DNA from: Neisseriaceae bacterium
GTDB lineage: Bacteria; Pseudomonadota; Gammaproteobacteria; Burkholderiales; Neisseriaceae
Length of the DNA: 64,000 bases
Assembly: GCA_017991555.1 (NCBI GenBank)
Contig: JAGOQM010000004.1
Span: 18,273 to 82,272, forward strand
Reading direction: 5' to 3'
The notes under the pieces were generated by a model, which was given only the letters and a program-made list of their open reading frames with translations, made no database searches and was not told the origin of the DNA. The translations under genes were made by a program, and so were the position numbers. Positions 63,032-64,000 of the stretch are shown here, piece by piece (positions within the stretch are counted from its first letter, which is position 1; each line of letters begins with the position of its first letter).

Positions 63032-64000
63032 ATGTTATTCAGAACCAAGTCTTACCCCTTTGCGGGGCGGTTGTTGCTGTGGATTGTGCTGATCGTGGTG
63101 GCGGTTGTGGGTGCAGCACACTGGCTGGTGGCGGCTGACGCCAACGGTCAGAAGGCGTTTGGCGCGTTTACTTTGTTTCCGGTGTTGAGCGTGCTGGCGC
63201 TGGCCTTGCTCAGCAAGCGCACCTTAGAGCCATTGTTTGCCGGCGCCTGTATTGGCATGATGATGCTGGCCAGCAATCCGCTGGTGTTCATTCAGTCGCT
63301 GATGGGCAGCGCTTTAAAGGTGATGGCCAGCCCGGTCATGGGCTGGATTCTACTGCTGTCGGCGCTGATGGGCGGTTTGATTACCTGGCTGCAGGTGTCG
63401 CGCGCCACGGCTGCCTTTAGCGAGCTGTTGGGCAAAATCGTCAAAACGCGGGCGCAAAGCCTGTTGGCGGCGTGGGCCTTGGGGTTGGTGATCTTCATCG
63501 ACGATTATTTAAGCGCCCTCACCGTGGGCGCAGCCATGCGCCGCCTGACCGATAAATTTAAGGTGTCGCGGGCGATGTTGGCCTACGTAGCGGCGGCCAC
63601 AGCGGCGCCAGTGTGCCTGCTGGTGCCCATTTCCACCTGGGCGATTTACATTTCTGGTCTGTTGGAAAGCAACGGCGTGGCGGCCAAGGGGGCCGGTTTG
63701 GCCTATTACACCAGCATCATTCCTTATATGTTCTATGCTTGGATCACCATATTACTGGTGCCCTTGGTGGCCTATCGGCTGATTCCGCCATCGCCCACCA
63801 TGCGTGCGGCCGAAGCGGCGGCCGCGGCGCAAGACTTCGCGCCCGAAGCGGTGGCGGAAGTGGCCTTGGACGGCTCGACACGGCCGCGCTTGTGGCACTT
63901 TTTTGTGCCCATTGTGGTGATGATCGGCGCGACGTGGGTGCTGGGCGACACTTTATTAGGGGTGATGACGTCGGTGTTGGTGACGCTGGCGGTGTACCGC
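63032..64000 (+). CDS. NhaC-family membrane transporter (Na+/H+ antiporter family), 5' part; continues beyond the window
   Basis: The frame is open from the ATG at 63032 to the window end (323 codons). It is hydrophobic with the motif FIDDYLSALTVG. Absent from the ORF track because the window truncates it. Confidence 0.75.
   Translation, partial: MLFRTKSYPFAGRLLLWIVLIVVAVVGAAHWLVAADANGQKAFGAFTLFPVLSVLALALLSKRTLEPLFAGACIGMMMLASNPLVFIQSLMGSALKVMASPVMGWILLLSALMGGLITWLQVSRATAAFSELLGKIVKTRAQSLLAAWALGLVIFIDDYLSALTVGAAMRRLTDKFKVSRAMLAYVAAATAAPVCLLVPISTWAIYISGLLESNGVAAKGAGLAYYTSIIPYMFYAWITILLVPLVAYRLIPPSPTMRAAEAAAAAQDFAPEAVAEVALDGSTRPRLWHFFVPIVVMIGATWVLGDTLLGVMTSVLVTLAVYR

Overview
This is a 64-kb chromosomal window from a proteobacterium with moderately high GC. 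It is densely coding and mostly housekeeping. SecB, the zipA-ligA pair and an unusually long (~818 aa) LigA remind me of Neisseriales-type betaproteobacteria, but I cannot confirm that without a search.

I call 55 protein genes and one tRNA-Arg(CCG), plus many rho-independent terminators. Two genes are truncated by the window edges: ppc at the left and an NhaC-family transporter at the right. In order, the genes are:
- ppc (partial)
- ybeZ-ybeY-corC-lnt
- rpoH
- thyA-folA
- aspA
- an RND efflux pair
- an orphan APH-fold kinase
- a molybdenum cofactor cluster (moaD-moaE-mobA-moeA, with divergent moaC)
- an atypical LuxR-type regulator
- secB, grxC, dacB, priA, hemE
- a BetT-like BCCT transporter
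- asd, pssA, ampD
- zipA-ligA-galU
- mmsA
- pcm-rhodanese-ung
- an nlpD-like lipoprotein
- an exported PEP-utilising-type enzyme
- a Xi-class GST
- ftsK-hemH, anmK, cytochrome c5
- tRNA-Arg
- aceK and aceA
- a dipeptide epimerase with a DUF819 membrane protein
- a lower-GC-looking accessory end carrying a small conserved hypothetical, an HD/YfbR-like gene plus DUF488, and an AraC regulator with an HDAC-like amidohydrolase and an NhaC-family transporter.

The most unusual signal is a 1.1-kb non-coding island at 58169-59294. It holds two inverted ~240-bp copies of a structured element. Three nested stems differ at 8 base pairs between the copies, and all 8 changes are compensated. That points to selection on RNA or single-stranded-DNA structure. 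I cannot place the element in any family I know.

Secondary observations are:
- an orphan terminator (sRNA candidate) in the 575-bp thyA/aspA spacer
- a cluster of consensus DnaA boxes upstream of priA
- a signal-peptide-bearing swivel-His plus ATP-grasp protein that lacks the TIM-barrel domain.

I saw no CRISPR array, rRNA, transposase or integrase. All product calls rest on motifs I recognise in the supplied translations; no database search was possible.
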